DNA of 64,000 bases from Botryllus schlosseri. Its lineage: Eukaryota. Both the position numbers and the translations under genes were made by a program. Below, one piece after another: positions 11,651 to 23,072 of the stretch (position 1 is the first letter of the stretch; the number at the start of each line of letters is the position of its first letter). The DNA lies in assembly GCA_051294905.1 (NCBI GenBank), contig CM119378.1, positions 15,438,001-15,502,000 of the forward strand, written 5' to 3'. The notes below the pieces were generated by a model. That model was not told where the DNA came from, did not search any database, and worked only from the letters and a program-made list of their open reading frames with translations.

Positions 11651-13294
11651 AAACGAGGGCAACAATAGGCGAGGAATTATTTCCAGGCTACCGCGGATGG
11701 CTTATTTATGACATTAAATCAGATCCAGTGCGACTCTCTAATCAGTATATGTTATACGTACAATGTCCCAGTTCATCGTGATTGTGGCGTTTCGTACATT
11801 TGCGTATATTAGCAGCAGTATATGAAGGCATGCACCTATATTTTTCCATTGTGATGTCGTTTCGTGCATTTAAAGTTTGCGCTGTTTTATTTATGTCTTA
11901 TTTTCGAACGAGTGAATTATTCCTGTTTTCAAACCTCTTTTCTGAAGATTTTATTTCGTCAATTATTCAGAGAGATAGTCGCATCCCGCGATATTATGAT
12001 GGCGACATGCGACAAAAACAAGAAAATGCTTCAAACATAAATTCAATTTCCAGCGGCATTACTCAAACTCGTTCGTTTGCGCTTCGGAATATAATTTCTG
12101 GCGTTTTTGAACAAAATTCCAAGTAGATGTCGCTCACCTTATTTAATTGCGGATGTACATCGATTAAATGTTATGCTACCAAATAGAACCCTTCAGTAGA
12201 ATTGAAAACGACTAACCAATATTACGGACACGGGGTGGGGAATTGAACAAGGACCGAAATAAAAGAAATTGCATCTCGACTCGCACACACATTACTACGT
12301 TGAAAAAGGCTAATACTGGTGGTGGAATGACAGGGTTCATCTCCAGAGCCGCTCCTATTATAGTTCCTGGCGACTTACACCAAACATAGGTGAAACTAGC
12401 CTGTGCCGCCTGAGCCCAGCCCGTACCCTTGTGCTTGAAATTGTAGCATGCTTTGAGCACGGAATCTGATGCGACGATTGCATAATTGCTTTGAATCATC
12501 AGAATAAATACACGGGCATAGCATACACCTTTACCCATCGTGTCAGACCAGTAGAAAAATGGTAGAGCAGTATACAGCTATTTTCTCTTTTGCGTTAGAG
12601 ATGGAGAAGAAAAGAGTGTATTCAGCTTCGTCGATTCTTTATAGTTACCAACACAATGTTCCTGGACAGTCGCCGAATTTGACGTTCCATTAGATTGAAA
12701 TAGGCCTTTAAAAACCAAATTGTGGTATAATTATGCCATAATTGTGCAAATAAAAAAAAACATGTGGTAGGCACTGGCGTAGCCAGGGAGGGGCGAAAGG
12801 GGCGATCGCCCCTCCCAAATTCTTTGGAAAATTTTCGAAAAGTCATTAAATATTAAAGTATTTTGGGGGCAGATGAATGTAACCTAAAAATTTCTTTGCG
12901 CTTCGCACGATTTTATGATCAGTATCCCGAAAAATAAATTCTTCCGCATATACCCATAATTGAATTTAGCTGCATTCGAAATTATAAGAATACAACAGTA
13001 CCAGTACACTATCCATAGATACACTATCTATAGAGTATAGAGTAGCTCGAGGTCGTTGAGTTGATTGAGTTTAGAGGGATTTCAGTTTAGTATGGGGGTT
13101 AGGGAATGTTTGTTCCGGCAATTTCCGTTCCGGGACACACGAGGACATATAGAGTAGGCTACACGCGATTCCGCAAAGTGCGTTCCCAATTGATTGACGG
13201 CCAAAAAACCGACGGATGTATTCCGAAGCCTTCGATATAGATTTTCGGTTGCTTAAATGGCTGGCGACTGATGATCCTATCCCTGCAATCAGAC

Positions 13295-13860
13295 CCCTTT
13301 ACATTTGCAGTAGCTAAATTCATGCATCAATATTTTTCAAATGAATTGCCTCTTGTGTTTAATGATTTCTTCGCCCTTGCTCAAACTGTTCACTCACACA
13401 ATACCAGATTTTCTTCCCTGGGCAACATCTATTTTCATCGACCCACCAGTAACCTTACAAAGAAATCGATCGACTATGCCGGTCCTGTCATATGGAATGC
13501 TATACCCTTATCAATACGGGACCTCCCATACCACTCCTTCAAAAAGGAATTATTCAGTCATCTCATCTCCCATTACCAATGATCCGCTTGTCTCACACCC
13601 AATTTGTAGTTTCTTTAGTATTTTATTTTTATGCTGAGCTGAATTGATTGATCCCAACCAATGCATCCAAATTTATGACACAATATCTGTATTTGTTAAT
13701 GCAGGGTGTGATCACTGATCAGACTAGTTGACCCTACCCAGAGTCATATCGGTCACACCCTGTCCTATACCGTTAAGTTCATTTATTGTTGTTTCATGTG
13801 CCAATGATGTTTTCTTTACGGTTGGACAAATCAATAAATCTCTCTCTCTCTCTCTCTCTT
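13295..13860 (+). mobile_element. 5'-truncated CR1/L2-like LINE: ORF2 C-terminus, 3' UTR and (TC)n tail
   Basis: VAKFMHQYFSNELPLVFNDFF..HSHNTR..SIDYAGPVIWNAIPLSIR..SFKKELFSHL is a typical L2/CR1-type ORF2 end, followed by AATAAA and (TC)n at ~13836-13859. Confidence 0.8.
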
Positions 13861-13972
13861 CGACATAACTGCGTTTGACACAGGAAAATATCGCCACCTC
13901 CCGTTAAAGAGGGCTAATTTGAAATCGCACGAGTCTGATCAAAGGAGTTTTTTTCTTAATTCGATTTGGTAT

Positions 13973-14100
13973 GTATCATCATCATTGGTTTATTAGCAAT
14001 TTTATCAGTTCAATACACCACAAAAATGCCATACAATGAATAGACAGGAAGATGTCGAAGCGACTTGGATTAGTCTATGGAATCAAACACCCACCTTGTC
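13973..14100 (-). mobile_element. LINE 3'-UTR fragment (type B tail, (ATG)n)
   Basis: The reverse complement matches 22050-22166 (..GTGTTGAACTGATAAAAATTGCTAATAAACCAATGATGATG). Confidence 0.75.
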
Positions 14101-15789
14101 AGCGATTCCAATCTTTAAAGTAGCGTCGATCTTTACCAGATGTTACGAAATAACCGTGCTTCAACAAAGTAATTACCAAGAATGGACACCAGATATATCA
14201 GACACCACACATATCAGCCCTACCTGTAAATCTGATAATTAAAACGTATTTGCTTATATACACGTACCAATATTATTGATCAAATTCTTTCATTTATTCA
14301 AAAATATTTACGGTCGGCGCGACTATAGGCCCGAAACTCACACTGACCGTTCATCACTTAGTGTCAGCAATCTGGGTTCGTCCGTGAAACAATCGCTTAA
14401 TACAAGCTATAGTTGGCAACTGGAAGCTTCCATAGGGTATGTGTGTGTGTGTCTAAGAGTCGTATGTATACAAGGGTGTTGATGGAAATGGGCAATGAAA
14501 CGGTGTACGGTTCTGCGAGGTGTTCCCACGGGGGAGCTCCCCTAAACTCATTAAAAATCCCCCCCCCCCCCCACAATTTTTTTTTCTGGTTACGTGAGTA
14601 AGATCTTGCGCGTGAGCGATCTTCTGAATGGGGACAGCATTCTCCGCAAGTCCTGAAGTAACAGGAATAAATGACAATTAACTGTCACGCTCGGTGTCCA
14701 CCATCTAGAAATTCATAAATAGCTTGCCGTGTGGTATGAACATATAGTTCAATATGTATAATTAAGTGCCCATAGTGTTCGATGACACCACATATATCAG
14801 CCCTACCTGTAAATCTGATAATTAAAACGTATTTGCAATATGCAAGTAACAATACAAGGAACCAATTTCATTCATATCCCTGAAAATTTTCGCGCTCGGC
14901 GCGAAAGTGTCGATGCCCAGATTTCCACTATCATTATATTATCACATCACTTTATGTCTGTGAGTGGAATATATGTTTAACGATCGCCCCAGATGCCGTG
15001 TTAATCATCAAATAAGGCCCCAAGACCATATTATCGTTGTTACCTATTTTTTACTTATCTATAAAGGGGGGGGGGGGTATTCATTTACGTCGTCAAATTT
15101 TTCGCCCCTCCCAAATATTTTTTCTGGCTACGCCCTTGGTGGTAGGCCTATGAGCCTACGGACGATTTTCACTCAAGTCGACGTATACGATGTGGAATGA
15201 CCGGAACCTTCGAAATTGTCGTTGGTTCAACAGTTATAAGATCTAGATATAGATCGTTGGTACGGAATGGGTGTTCTGATGATGTTGACCGCCGACCGTC
15301 AAAATGCTGCATAACGATGTATAATTGTATATAATCCAGGTAAAAGATATTTTTGGTTTGTTTATGAGGCTGACCCTATATTTTCGATTGTTTATGTCGA
15401 TCCACTGTGGCGTCAAAATTAAGGATTCGTGACGCCATGGCTAAAAGCAAAACCAACAAAACACAATACAAAACATTTATTAAATATGTTTGTTTTATAT
15501 TGATTTATGTTTTAAATGCAACCTTACATAAGATAATGTTATCTCAGAACAAGTCGCAGCGGAATATATGAATTAGGTGCAAAGAACCATATTATCAGTT
15601 TAAGCAAATAATCCATTAAAAGGATTAATAATCCATTAAAAGACTCGCAAAAGGAATAGAAGAAAGGAAGAGAGTATAGAAAAGAAAGTAGGAAAGGTCC
15701 CTGTAGGATGATCAAGGATCCATTTCAGTAATTTTAAACCACAGAATATTCGAAGTCGGGGTAGTGGAATGGATATTAATTTACGATTA

Positions 15790-16090
15790 TGATATGGAAT
15801 GATATGGGAATTATATGAATCTACGATTTACGAGAAGTCGGAGTTGGATTTGGACTTTGACATTGAATTTGTAAATAATTGGTTCAACTTTTCTATAGAC
15901 TTTAATCAAAACCTGATGACGATACTAAAATGTATCTGTACTTGGATTTGAAACTCGAATTTAGTTACGGAGATGATTTGAAAAAATGAAATCCGGCCAT
16001 CACTAGAATTTTCAAGTCTTGCTGGGGAGTCGTGTTTACAGTCCACTGTGTTGTTGGTTCGGGGAATTTTGTGTGAATATTCGCAGTGCC
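15790..16090 (-). mobile_element. Possible decayed Mutator-like (MULE) transposase C-terminal remnant
   Basis: Minus strand HKIPRTNNTVD ... IVDSYNSH resembles the MULE C-terminal PRTNNxVEGWH ... IVxxY region; interrupted by stops. Confidence 0.3.
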
Positions 16091-18689
16091 TATGTGATAA
16101 GTCAACTTTCAGCTATGTAGTGATGATAAGCATATATATTGATAGCCAGCATAATATTTCCGCATATACGCGAATGGCGCTCCTGAGCTTCGCCCAACAC
16201 AACAATACACACCATTTCGTAATGTAGTTATACGTACGTGTATGTATAATTTAAGGTAAAGCGGGCTTGACTTGATTGATGGCGAACCATTCACGTCAGT
16301 CATTCATCATACTTGCCGTCGCCGGATTTTTTCATCGCAGCGCCGATCCATCAAATTTCGGCTATGAATTATCGAGATACACTCGACACGCCGTTGCGTT
16401 TTTCCCGAGTCCCGTATAGTCATACAGATAATCTCACACCTGGCGCTTAAGGACGCGGAGATATGTGAACAGGCAGTGATGTGTTGTTTTTGTTACGACA
16501 AATATCCGTGGGAGTCATCTAATATTCAACTCACGATTCCAGTATCGCCTTTATCAATCAGCCGAGTGTCATAACGCGGGGATATGCATTCCAGATAAAG
16601 TACAACGCTCCCTGATAAATTGCGCTACGAAACGAATCCTTTATCCGGCGGTCAGTTTATGTTCGCGTTAATAATACATGCCAACGGGAGTTGAACGGTG
16701 GGTTACATATTATTGATTTCCTACAGAATGCTGGTCACATTGGGTCATCAATCAGCACACAGTGACAGGCTCCATCAAAGCGTTTTCTAGTCGATGGCGC
16801 GACGATGCTATAAATCGTTCTCGCTAATAAATCGAAACGATCTACTTTATTGTAGAGACCGGTTTCCCGGTTTTCCCAATTCGTACGCTATTGGTGTTTA
16901 TCCAATCGTTTATTAACCACAGGACGCTGAACATAACAGCCAGAACCAAGCCTGCCATCCATATTCACTTGCTTCTGATGCATCTCGCAATTTATCTAGA
17001 AAGCAGTTGACTATGAATCTATGAGATATTCCCGTAGCAATAAATCAAAGGTAATTCGTTACGCATTTGATTGTTTTATATCACTTTTGATATTTACTAT
17101 TCCTTGCCTTTAGCCCTGCGTGTATTCAAATTGCCGTGACTCAAATAAGCACTATATCACAAAAGCCACGTCCTTTCGTTAAACTTTTGGCAGCGACCGG
17201 GAAATCTGACGAATACGAGTGATATAATTAGGACTAGCACAAAATCGTTCTTCGGCGGGTTTAGGATAGAGTTTACGTCACTTTTCACGACACAGCAGCC
17301 ATCAATAAAACTGCGATCATCTGGTATTTTCTCGGTGCACGACTTTCGAAATAGTGGGGCGAAAGTTCGCCTCATTAATCCTATTCAAAGTTGTTAAGGT
17401 GCGATTTGCTGTTCTTACAGCACGTTGAACCAGAATAGTATTTTAGTATGACCTTCGTTCACGTTTCACGGATTTGAATTTACCTAGTTATGCGCTGATT
17501 GATATGTATAAATATTTCCCATACTACACGTCAATTTATAGGAATGATTGATATGACAGCTTGTGAAATGTCTCAGAAACGTAGCATGGCTGGGAATCCC
17601 CGATATTTTTCATCAGCCCGAATGTTTAATGCAATATAAAATGCGTCTTGTCTGCTTACTTGAGGCTGACATAATTCGGTCTCTCTCTTGAAATATATCT
17701 CCATGAGCTTAACCAAATCCGGGAATTTATATATATTTCATAATTTCGACAACGTTGCGTTCACTCTTTCTACCACACTGAATGAAGGTTGTAGGGAAAG
17801 AAGTACTAAATAATTTTTTTGCGGGCATCGCACAAGAATTCTTGCGCACATTTGATGAAATTATATACTTATGCAATGCATGCACTGCACATATGCAGTA
17901 TGGGTAGAAATGGTATATTCATGTCATGTTAATGTCTCGCATTTCCTAGTCGAATTTCGGATTGAGGAAGGTGTTTGTATCCGTTACTCAGAACATCACT
18001 TGATATTCATTCTTCTGAAATATGTTCCTTTCAACTCTTGTGCGACGTCTACCGACGGACGATAGGTATAATGATGATCTCAGTTGTGCGTGAAACCTGA
18101 CGTACCGTCGTACAAGCTTTCTCAATTATTATTATTAGTGAACACTACAGCCGGATACTGGTGCGGAGCGGATCGACAAATTCTCTGTTTCTACCCCGAT
18201 CCTGTTTTTTCAAGCTCTAGTCCGACTCCTAGGCCTGATTCTTGAAATAACAATGACCCGGTCCGAAATACTACGATAATAATTAGGCTATCTACTCACA
18301 GGATGGTATTCAATATTGATTGAAGCAGTGCACACAGGAAATTAAAAACTCGAAGATCAAGCCCCACCCATTTCTGAAGTAATTATGTCAACTTGAACTT
18401 GATATGTGGTTATTTCCATGAACGTTTCACCATTTGATTCGATGGTGGGAGAGGGTAAGGCTGTACTATTATTATTTGGTTTGTTTTATTGACGCCTTTC
18501 GCCTATTAAGGTCATGTAAACCACGACAATAACATTTGTAATATTCGTTCTCTTTGCTTTTTCGTTTTCTTCCGGGCGACTTTTCACACTCGCACTCTTT
18601 CGCCATCGGTCTCCCCATGGCCTAGTAAGCCATGGTCTCCCTCGTTTTTTATGCCCCCGTATTATCGCATCTACTGTCGATTTTTGGCT

Positions 18690-18856
18690 CGGCTCTCACC
18701 TTCACTCGGGGTTTACTGTTTACATACTATGCAATCGCAATGAGGTAAGCGATGAGAAGCTCGGATAAACCTCCGACTCATAGAAGGTAGGCATAACTGG
18801 GGTTCGAATCCACTTCCATTGTTGACGATGGCAGCTTAACCAACTGCGCCACTCGC
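18690..18856 (-). mobile_element. tRNA-derived SINE, different head but same central core as 8864-9144
   Basis: Minus strand A box TGGCGCAGTTGG and B box GGATTCGAACCC, then GGAGGTTTATCCGAGCTTCTCATCGCTTACCTCATTGCG (18736-18774), which aligns with 8965-9003. Confidence 0.75.
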
Positions 18857-18896
18857 TGAAATGATCGACGGAAGGCAACATAATTGTTGTGGTAGG

Positions 18897-19620
18897 CAGA
18901 GGTGGTAAAAGTAGTCATGAAAGTTACTCGCCTAGAACTATAAGTATAGAAGCATAGAATTCTAATTTAGTACGAATAGATGTAGTGCTTCAAGTAGAGT
19001 AGAAGTAGAATTTCCTGGTCTTAAAACTTGGTCAGGTAAGTATGAGTAGTTTTGAAAATCAATACTCATAAATATTCCCTCGTGGAACACCAAGACCTGG
19101 AAACTGACATATGCGGTCGGTGCAGAAGGTTGAGTTGCTGCAATCAGGTAAATCCATACTTTCAAGAGCATAAGGAGAATACCCATTCAGATAAAGTCAT
19201 ATAGTATGGCACCATCTTAGAAGACCTGTAGTTAATAAAACGATGAGTATTACGGATAAACTGAATCGGATACTACATTAGCGCTTTGCGCGATTAGGAA
19301 GGTATTTAAAAAATGGTCGATCGTATAATTACAAACATGTTGTTGAACCCTGTTTACTGGCGTGAGGCTGTTATATGCGCCTGACATTGCGCACATGAGC
19401 CATACAACCTCTACATAAATTATATTGGCCGATACTTTCATGAAAAAAAAAAAATATTGGACAATCTATATATATGTCGCGAAAAGTAAGTATTATAGGC
19501 TAAGTAAGTCACTAAATATTACAGAGTAGAAGTAGAATTATAGGGGAATCGTAGATTTACTTGACTAGTACCACAAGTACAGGAAAAGTGCTTGAATACA
19601 TCGAAAAGTAAAAGTACTAC
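18897..19620 (+). mobile_element. Decayed DNA-element family with CAGAGGTGGTAAAAGTAGTC terminus and AGTAGAAGTAG arrays
   Basis: The same terminus occurs at ~8540-8635 (+) and, reverse-complemented, at ~61420-61929 (GACTACTTTTACCACCTC). Far ends and TSDs were not resolved. Confidence 0.5.
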
Positions 19621-19661
19621 GTTAATGACCACGTCTGGTTAGGATATAATCAATGTGTTTG

Positions 19662-19940
19662 CAATCAATCATGTTTATTAATATTTTCATCGTTTCAAAA
19701 CATCACAAGACTGCGATACAATGAAAAGATAGGAAGGTGTCGAAACAACTTGGAGTAGCCATTAAGATCAGACACCCACCTTAGCCTAGGCCCTAGGCGA
19801 AGTAAATAAGAGGCATGCACACTGAATGAAAAGTAATGCAGAGAATATAAGACGCAAGCGACAAAATGAGGTGGCATGTGGCGGAGGGCGAGGTCGATGT
19901 TAGGTCGTGGTCCGGTAATCCTGAAGACTGGCTAGTATTG
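19662..19940 (-). mobile_element. Young LINE 3' UTR (type A, (TGAT)n tail)
   Basis: The reverse complement is about 99% identical to 21674-21957 over ~270 bp. Confidence 0.9.
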
Positions 19941-19962
19941 TTTATACTTTAGTGTTCGGTTC

Positions 19963-20270
19963 GGTTTATCAGCAATTTTTATCAGTTCAATACAACACAA
20001 AATTGCGATGTATTGAAAAGATATAGGAAGGTGCCGAAACGATTTGGAGTATAGTGATTGAAATCAGACACCCAACTTGGCCTAGGCGATGGAAAGAGGA
20101 GGCATTGCACACTGAATGAAAAGTAAAAGAAGATAATATAAAAAAGCAAGCGACAAAAATGAGGTGGCATGTCACGCAAGGCGAGATCGAAAGGTCAGGT
20201 CGTGGTTAGATAATCTTGAGGACGGACTAGTATTCATTTAGAAGAATTGCTTGTATTTCGACTTGAATGT
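19963..20270 (-). mobile_element. LINE 3' end (type B): last ORF2 codons TFKSKYKQFLLNEY* plus 3' UTR
   Basis: The reverse complement is homologous to 21160-21290/21960-22166 and to 40372-40642. Confidence 0.85.
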
Positions 20271-21019
20271 TCTATATATCCCTAGCTCTTTCGCACAACT
20301 GAATCAATAACAGAAATAAATATCTGTATTAACACCGGAATCAATATCGAAACCAATTAAACTGACGAATTAAACATTATCCCAACCGCGCTGCAATCGC
20401 TTAGGAATTGTACCCGTCGAGCAAAACGATATACATCAACTTGATTCATATATTTAATTATAATTTCAATATATAATTATAATCCCAGGTTCGGAATTCA
20501 AACTTTTATTTTTTTGGGAGGCATGCGGCCCCTATCGCCTGCAGACTACGCCAGTCACCACCGGCTGTTGTAACCTAAACTATACATTCAGCCCAGTGCT
20601 TCGTGAAGCATAGGTGCAGAACTTCAATAAACAATTGAAAAGTATATCCATATATTTTCGGCTGACACTCGTCAAGGCTAATCGTCAGCAACTAGTATAG
20701 AATATGAAAACAGTGTATATCATTAGGGTTACCATATTCGCTTTGACTCGACTCCCGAATTACTCGCTTCTCACGATACTTTTGTGGTGATGACTGAATC
20801 AAAGGAAATCGCTATGATTCGATTCCCGAATTACCCGGTCGAACGTCCGCATTACGTATTCCGCATCATTTATGCCGATTTTCAGCTGTCCATTGTCCTG
20901 GCTGTAACATTTGTAAAGGACGCGAATTGCCAGAAAGGAGGTCATTTAGGCGTTCTCAGAGGACATCTTCAATTTCCTAAAAGAGGAGTACAAATTCTCC
21001 GAAAGTCGGACGTATGGTA

Positions 21020-22166
21020 ACGCTTGTATATCAACATCAAAAATCGCATCACACCAAATTCATTCATATATACTGAAAAGATTATCGTTCCGGCAAATAT
21101 GCCGGACCTGGCGTGTGGAGCAGTATCCCACCGGCCATCCAACAGTCGACGAGCATGTCCGTCCACATTCAAGTCGAAATACAAGCAATTGCAACTAAAT
21201 AAATACTAGTCCATCCTCAAGATTACCGGACCACGACCTGACCTATCGATCTCGCCTTCCATGACACGCCACCCCATTTTTGTCGCTTGAATCATCCGTA
21301 TCATTGCCAAAGCCCCACGGGGGCCTGGATGTGCAACTGATAAATCGCTTCTCAAAAGATTTGGTGTTCTAAACTTAGAAGATATGAGAAAGCTAGAAAT
21401 TGCCAAGTTTATGTATCAGTTCCATTGCGGTCAATGTCCCTCAAATTTCAACGACTGCTTCACCTCGGAGACAAAAGCGCACAAGTACAGCATACGCGCG
21501 TCATCGAAGAACAACTTCTACCATATGATCAGGACTGAATACAAGAAAACGCATTGCTCTATCAAGTATGCCGGACCCCAATTGTGGAACAGCATCTCAG
21601 CATCTCGCGGGCTATCCGACAGTCGTCGAGCATGTCCGCATTCAAGTCGAAATACAAGCAATTTCTTCTAAATCAATACTAGCCAGTCTTCAGGATTACC
21701 GGACCACGACCTAACATCGACCTCGCCCTCCGCCACATGCCACCTCATTTTGTCGCTTGCGTCTTATATTCTCTGCATTACTTTTCATTTAGTGTGCATG
21801 CCTCTTATTTACTTCGCCTAGGGCCTAGGCTAAGGTGGGTGTCTGATCTTAATGGCTACTCCAAGTTGTTTCGACACCTTCCTATCTTTTCATTGTATCG
21901 CAGTCTTGTGATGTTTTGAAACGATGAAAATATTAATAAATCTGATTGATTGATTGATTTCTTTTTTTCTATTCTATCTTTTTTTACTTTTCATTCAGTG
22001 TGCAATGTGCATGCCTCCGCTTTACATCGACTGGAGACCAAGGTGGGTGTCTGATTCCATAGACTACTCCAAGTCGCTTCGACACCTTCCTATCTTTTCA
22101 TTGGATCGCATTTTTGTGGTGTGTTGAACTGATAAAAATTGCTAATAAACCAATGATGATGATGAT
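21020..22166 (+). mobile_element. Type B LINE 3' end split by an inserted type A copy
   Basis: The degenerate ORF2 end (KYAGPGVWSSIPPAIQQS..TFKSKYKQ) and UTR run to ~21288 (..GTCGCTTG). The UTR resumes at ~21960 (CTTTTT..TTACTTTTCATTCAG) and ends in (ATG)n, as in the intact copy at 19963-20270. Confidence 0.8.
21290..21957 (+). mobile_element. 5'-truncated CR1/L2-like LINE (type A) nested in an older LINE
   Basis: IIRIIAKAPR..LKRFGVLNLEDMRKLEIAKFMYQF..SIKYAGPQLWNSI, then 3' UTR, AATAAA and a (TGAT)n tail. Confidence 0.9.
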
Positions 22167-23072
22167 ATACTTCTCCGTAAGTATGTCGCTCCGCTTCATT
22201 GCCCGAGAGAAATGTAGGCGGGGTACATAATATTAAAACATGACGTCATCAATAGTAGCATTCTTGCACGGGGTTTCTTGCGGTCAGGAGTTTGTTTTTC
22301 CGCTTTCGTTGGGCTAGATACGCTGATGGCGTAACTGAAAGTGAAAGCTTCTTCCTCTGTAGCTCGTATCTTCCGGGCTTCTTGCACATTTTCTCAAGTA
22401 GTGGAGGAATGAGAGGTTGGCCTGGAGTTGCAGGGATGTTACCAACAACAGCATGGAAAACGAACGAGTGCCGGTACCTTGTAAGAAACGTAACGAAATA
22501 TAACATCAAATGGATAAGCATTGAGATTAAAGAGGCATGGGTCGGAGGGTGAAATTGACATGTCAGTTATTGGTTTGTTAATTTCAAGCTAAGGCTATAG
22601 TATACATTCAGTAGAATTGATATGGTTTGGTACGATTGAGCGAACAATAAGGACAATCACATGCAGAATAAGGTCAGTCTCTATACGTGCACAGTTAGGA
22701 CAGTTTTTCCATAATAAAAAACCATATCCCCAAAAATTCGTATAGCTTAAGTATGTATATTTATGAGCATTTTATTTACCAAAGAGTAGCCTACGCAAAA
22801 TAATGGTTGGATAAGACTTATTATGATTCAAAATATCTGATGATGTATATTCCGACCATATGATGTCAGCATTATTTTATGTCATGTAAAACTATTGTTA
22901 TATAGTTTATATTATTGAATTTACCGTAACCAACTCGGCTTACTCATTGTGAAATGATGATAATGAAAAGTTTGTCAATTTATGCAGGTCTATAATTGTC
23001 TGTCTGGGTGGTATATGGTGTAGTAATTGCTTCCTATATGTAAGTTGTTGGATATAAACGATCCCATTCAAC

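Larger units (their letters stand above)
12772..15138. mobile_element. Non-autonomous hAT-type element (2367 bp) carrying nested LINE fragments
   Basis: TIRs CACTGGCGTAGCCAG / CTGGCTACGCCCTTG (13/15); perfect 8-bp TSD GTGGTAGG at 12764-12771 and 15139-15146; internal direct repeat 14201-14323 vs 14785-14906. Confidence 0.85.

Noticed and set aside
19695-21919. Two identical 60-aa ORFs (19695-19877 minus, 21737-21919 plus) as a duplicated small-protein gene
   Set aside because: Both lie in the 3' UTR of near-identical young LINE copies, so the identity reflects recent retrotransposition.
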